Assembly (NCBI GenBank): GCA_049320885.1 | Contig: JBMORA010000022.1 | Location: 64,001 to 128,000, forward strand | Source: Thermodesulfobacteriota bacterium | Lineage (GTDB): Bacteria > Desulfobacterota > Desulfobacteria > Desulfobacterales > SURF-7 | Direction of reading: 5' to 3' | DNA: 64,000 nt | In this document: in pieces, positions 60,358-64,000 of the stretch | How the letters are laid out: every line of letters starts with the position of its first letter | How positions within the stretch are numbered: the stretch's first letter is position 1 | Translations under genes and position numbers: made by a program | Notes under the pieces: generated by a model | What the model was told of the DNA's origin: nothing | Seen by the model: only the letters and a program-made list of their open reading frames with translations | Databases searched by the model: none

Positions 60358-62264
60358 CAGCAATCCCCGTCCTGCGCCCTTTCAGTGGCGCGGCCATACC
60401 CCTTGGGCACCAGATTCTTTTCCCGCATCCAATCGATGGCCGCGCGCCAGCGGTCCTCTGAAATGCGCTTTTTAGAGGCGTCCCAGCGGTTCAGCACTTC
60501 GTCCACCAGACGGCCGTCATCCACCGTTTCGCCCTGGATCAGGAAATCGTTCCAGGCCGCATAGAGTGTGGCCACGATTTCGATCTGCTCGGTTTTCATC
60601 GGATGAATCAGTTCCATGAGACGGTCGAAGGACGGCTTCCGGTCCCCCCAATACCGGTCAAAATAGTCGCGATGTGCCCCGCACTTCTCCATGGGCAGGT
60701 ACGCAATGCCGCCGCCCTCCTGGCGCTGGGGCGCGAACCATTTCGAGCGTTTCATCTGAGCATGCACCGAACGCATCATGGCGTTGTCGAACGGTCCAGC
60801 CGCCGCCCGAACCGGGCGGCTCTGGATCTCTTCCAGTTCCAGATGCCGTTCGGCGAGCAGGATCGCCTTTTGCAGCTTGATCCAGCCGAACCGCGGCGTA
60901 TCCCTGTGCCGGTCCACGATTTCAGCGGCCAACACCGAACGGCAGAAATGAACATTGGGCTTGCGCCTCTTCTCCGGCTTGGCGAGATGCCGAATGTCCA
61001 GCCGGCCAAACACCGCGTCGCAGATCAGGGTGGTATGATATTCTTCGATCAGCTCAATCTCGCGCTCGGCGCGTTGTATGGCGGTGTTGATGGAGTTAAT
61101 TTTGTTCTTTACATACTCGATTATTTTGAATTGTTCTTCCTTGTTATCTGGGTAGGCTATATTCACGTTCCCAATGAATGCCCATTCAGCTCGGGGCATT
61201 TTTGCCCCAAATGTAGTGCTATTGACCAAATCAATAAATTTTGGACTTCGAAGTGTGTATTCAAAAAAATCAGTTGTAATATCTTCGCCTTTCAAGCGAA
61301 GGACAAGAAACTCTCCAACACACACCCCCGTCTGTTTTGCTTTCACGACTTTGGCCAAGTAAGGTCGGAGCTTCCCAAAAAGAACATCATCAGCCACAAA
61401 TCTTTTTACTTGACTTACAAATGGCGTGTCATTGTTGTCAGCGGTAAATTTCCCAGTCCAACTCTCAACTGATTCTAAGGCGACATAGACATCATTAGGA
61501 TCTTTTTGGGATGTCTGTTCAGTTATATTTGCTGCAACGGTCTTTGTCCGATTAATAACCCAATGCGCCGGAATATCTCCAAGCCAATCAATCCCGGACG
61601 GTTTAAGCTTCACATACGGATCGATTCCTTTTGTAATCACCTCGTTGACCAGCGCCAGCTTGCGTTCATTCAACAATGCCACGAGCCTGCGTTTGTTGCG
61701 GATGAACTCATGGATTTCCATGGCCTTGCGGTCGAGGTAATCGGCGATGGCCTTTTGTTCTTCCGGCAGCGGAAAGGGCGATGGCATCTGCTTGAACTCG
61801 TCCCAGTAAAGCCGGTTGCGGTCGGTCACGATGCCGTGGGAATACTTGTTCACCTCGTTCATGTAGGCCCCGGTGCGGAAGAGATAGGCGAAATAACGGC
61901 TGTCGGTGCCGTCAAGGGGCCGGGCCACCACGTAGGCCGGGCTGATCAACCCGTCTTCCGGGGCGACCCCGACAGCGCCCTGCCACATGCGCATCATGTT
62001 ATAGGCGATGTCGCCCTTGACCGCCCGCTTGTATTTTTCGCGCTCGGACATGACCTGCTTGCGCTTGGCGTTTTCCAGATCCCGAATGCGCACGCCGGTT
62101 TTCAGCGACACCTCCAGAATGGGCAGGTCGGGATAGCCGGTTTGGTTGCGCTGGGCAAAGAGCCGCCCGTTGCGCCGTACCTCCCAATGGGAGGGGATGG
62201 TTCCCAGCCATGGCAAACCGGAAGGACGGTATTCGGGATAGGGCTTCAACACGGTGCTCATCAT
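60357..62264 (-). CDS. hsdS: Type I restriction specificity subunit S with a ~200-aa C-terminal extra domain
   Basis: Two PSG..WLG.IP.HW repeats, PLPEEQ and EEQ conserved regions; ATG at 62264 with GGAG RBS. Confidence 0.93.
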   Translation of the reverse strand: MMSTVLKPYPEYRPSGLPWLGTIPSHWEVRRNGRLFAQRNQTGYPDLPILEVSLKTGVRIRDLENAKRKQVMSEREKYKRAVKGDIAYNMMRMWQGAVGVAPEDGLISPAYVVARPLDGTDSRYFAYLFRTGAYMNEVNKYSHGIVTDRNRLYWDEFKQMPSPFPLPEEQKAIADYLDRKAMEIHEFIRNKRRLVALLNERKLALVNEVITKGIDPYVKLKPSGIDWLGDIPAHWVINRTKTVAANITEQTSQKDPNDVYVALESVESWTGKFTADNNDTPFVSQVKRFVADDVLFGKLRPYLAKVVKAKQTGVCVGEFLVLRLKGEDITTDFFEYTLRSPKFIDLVNSTTFGAKMPRAEWAFIGNVNIAYPDNKEEQFKIIEYVKNKINSINTAIQRAEREIELIEEYHTTLICDAVFGRLDIRHLAKPEKRRKPNVHFCRSVLAAEIVDRHRDTPRFGWIKLQKAILLAERHLELEEIQSRPVRAAAGPFDNAMMRSVHAQMKRSKWFAPQRQEGGGIAYLPMEKCGAHRDYFDRYWGDRKPSFDRLMELIHPMKTEQIEIVATLYAAWNDFLIQGETVDDGRLVDEVLNRWDASKKRISEDRWRAAIDWMREKNLVPKGYGRATERAQDGDC

Positions 62265-62289
62265 GTCGGCTCTCCGTTCAACTTGGTCG

Positions 62290-64000
62290 TCATGATGCCG
62301 CACCCTCCACTTTTTCCAAAATGTTTTCCAGCAACCCTTCGCTCTCGCACTCCAGGGCGCGGATATCGGCCTCGATTTCAGCCAGGCTGCGCAAATTCTG
62401 CGGCTTGTAAAAATGACGCGTAAAAGAGATTTCGTAGCCAATCTGGGTCTTGCCGTCGTCGATCCAGGCGTCGATGGCATGGGGCAGCACTTCGCGCCGG
62501 AAAAAGGCTTCAACTCCGCCCTCTTCGAGCAGCGGCACCTGCTCGGTGTCGCGCAGGGCCGTGTCGGGTTCGTATTCCACCACGCGGGACTTGCCGTCCA
62601 GCTCGGCGGCATAACGGCCGCAAAGGGGATCGGGCTGGGTCTTGCCTGATTTGTAGATCTTGCGGATGACCGGTTGCGCGTCCGCGTCCGTTTCGGCCAG
62701 ACCGGTTTGGAGCAACTTCTTGCGCTTGGCGGTAAGTTTTACATTGTGGGTGTCCGCGTCCGATGCCACGGCGGCCATGAACGCATTAAAATCCATATGG
62801 GGACCCGGCCCCATAACCTCGGCCACGCGCTGGGCCAGGTTGGCCAGGGGCGCTTGCTTTTCCGTATCGCAGGTTTTCCGGAAGCGGCGCAGGGCGATCT
62901 CGGACAAATCCACCTTGAGGCGCAACGGCCGTTCGACGGTGATTTTCCAATATCCGAAGGCTTTGTTGGGAAATATCTTGGCGTGATCGGTTTCCTTGAA
63001 CGCCAGGAACGTATCGCAGATCGTCCGGATATGCTCGGCGGTCAACTCGCAATTCTTCTTGCCGAGGTTTCTTGGCAAGGGACTGCACCACTCGGTGGCG
63101 TCGATGAGCTGCACTTTGCCCTTGCGCTGTTCGGACTTGCGGTTTGAGATTACCCATATGTAAGTGGCGATGCCGGTGTTGTAAAACATGTTCATCGGCA
63201 GGGCCACAATCGCCTCCAGCCAGTCGTTTTCGATTATCCACCGGCGGATGTTGGATTCCCCCTGTCCGGCGTCGCCGGTGAAAAGGGACGACCCGTTGTG
63301 CACCTCGGCGATGCGGCTGCCCAGCGCGGTTTCCTGTTTCATCTTGCTGAGCATGTTGACCAGGAACATCATCTGTCCATCATTGGAGCGGGTGACCAGG
63401 CTGAATTCTGGATCTCCCCCATGGGAAACCACAAAGCGCGGGTCCTGCATTTCCTTTTTATCGCCGCCGCAAAGCCGGTCGAGATCGGTCTTCCAGCTTT
63501 TGCCGTACGGTGGATTGGCCAGCATGAAGTCGAACTCGAGGCTCGGAAACGCGTCTGAAGACAAGGTGGAGCCGTAACGAATATTCTCCGCTTCGTCTCC
63601 CTCGCCCTTCAAGAGCAGGTCGGCCTTGCAGATGGCGTAGGTTTCCGGCTGAGACTCCTGGCCGTAAAGGTGGATGCCCACATCCTTGCCGTGCCCGCGC
63701 GCCGTTTCCTTGAGCGTCTCTTCCGCGATGGTCAACATGCCGCCGGTCCCGCAGGCGCAATCGTACACCAGGTAGGTGCCCGACTCGATCCGGTCGGCCA
63801 CGGGCAAAAAGATGAGGTTGGCCATGAGCCGCACCGCGTCCCGCGGGGTGAAATGCTCGCCGGCCTCCTCGTTGTTTTCTTCGTTAAAGCGCCGGATCAG
63901 TTCCTCGAACAGCGATCCCATGGCATGATTGTCCAAACCCGGCAGTTTGACTTCTCCTTGTCCGTCGAGAACCGGCTCCGGGCCTAAATTGATCTGGGGA
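62290..64000 (-). CDS. hsdM: Type I restriction-modification m6A methyltransferase subunit M (5' end outside the window)
   Basis: GEHFTPR, YDCACGTGGML, YGQE and NPPY; the frame stays open to the window edge. Confidence 0.96.
   Translation of the reverse strand, partial: PQINLGPEPVLDGQGEVKLPGLDNHAMGSLFEELIRRFNEENNEEAGEHFTPRDAVRLMANLIFLPVADRIESGTYLVYDCACGTGGMLTIAEETLKETARGHGKDVGIHLYGQESQPETYAICKADLLLKGEGDEAENIRYGSTLSSDAFPSLEFDFMLANPPYGKSWKTDLDRLCGGDKKEMQDPRFVVSHGGDPEFSLVTRSNDGQMMFLVNMLSKMKQETALGSRIAEVHNGSSLFTGDAGQGESNIRRWIIENDWLEAIVALPMNMFYNTGIATYIWVISNRKSEQRKGKVQLIDATEWCSPLPRNLGKKNCELTAEHIRTICDTFLAFKETDHAKIFPNKAFGYWKITVERPLRLKVDLSEIALRRFRKTCDTEKQAPLANLAQRVAEVMGPGPHMDFNAFMAAVASDADTHNVKLTAKRKKLLQTGLAETDADAQPVIRKIYKSGKTQPDPLCGRYAAELDGKSRVVEYEPDTALRDTEQVPLLEEGGVEAFFRREVLPHAIDAWIDDGKTQIGYEISFTRHFYKPQNLRSLAEIEADIRALECESEGLLENILEKVEGAAS

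Noticed and set aside
62265..62612. Extended HsdS N-terminus in the ORF track (751 aa)
   Set aside because: It overlaps hsdM in another frame; the likely start is ATG 62264 with an RBS.

Overview
GC-rich bacterial DNA, most likely from a Desulfobacterales-like deltaproteobacterium (inferred from gene families and gene order). Positions 1-28 kb are core genome: a PilZ-type protein, a YgiQ radical SAM gene, the dcw cluster from mraZ to ftsZ (no ddl), a second radical SAM gene, hisD and serC. Positions 28-40 kb are accessory: a WG-repeat lipoprotein, DUF368, a methyltransferase, a Ser-type arylsulfatase with its anaerobic maturase, several deletion-scarred gene remnants, htpX and vapBC. From about 39.86 kb, a tRNA-Asn-like 3' end with a terminator probably marks the edge of a genomic island that runs off the window. 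The island holds a TM0106 nuclease, AT-rich orphan ORFs and a type I restriction-modification locus whose HsdS has an extra ~200-aa SocA/Panacea/DarG-CTD-like tail. The strongest candidate for a new system is also in the island: a tightly packed 14-kb minus-strand run of XRE regulator, hydrolase-dead truncated RelA/SpoT homologue, three GT4 glycosyltransferases, phosphomannomutase, two GH130 mannoside phosphorylases, GDP-mannose pyrophosphorylase, two Hsp20, GroES and GroEL. I read this as a mobile stress-survival module combining an alarmone synthetase, a mannoside reserve or protectant, and chaperones. No CRISPR array, rRNA or complete tRNA was seen. All family calls come from motif recognition by eye, not database searches.
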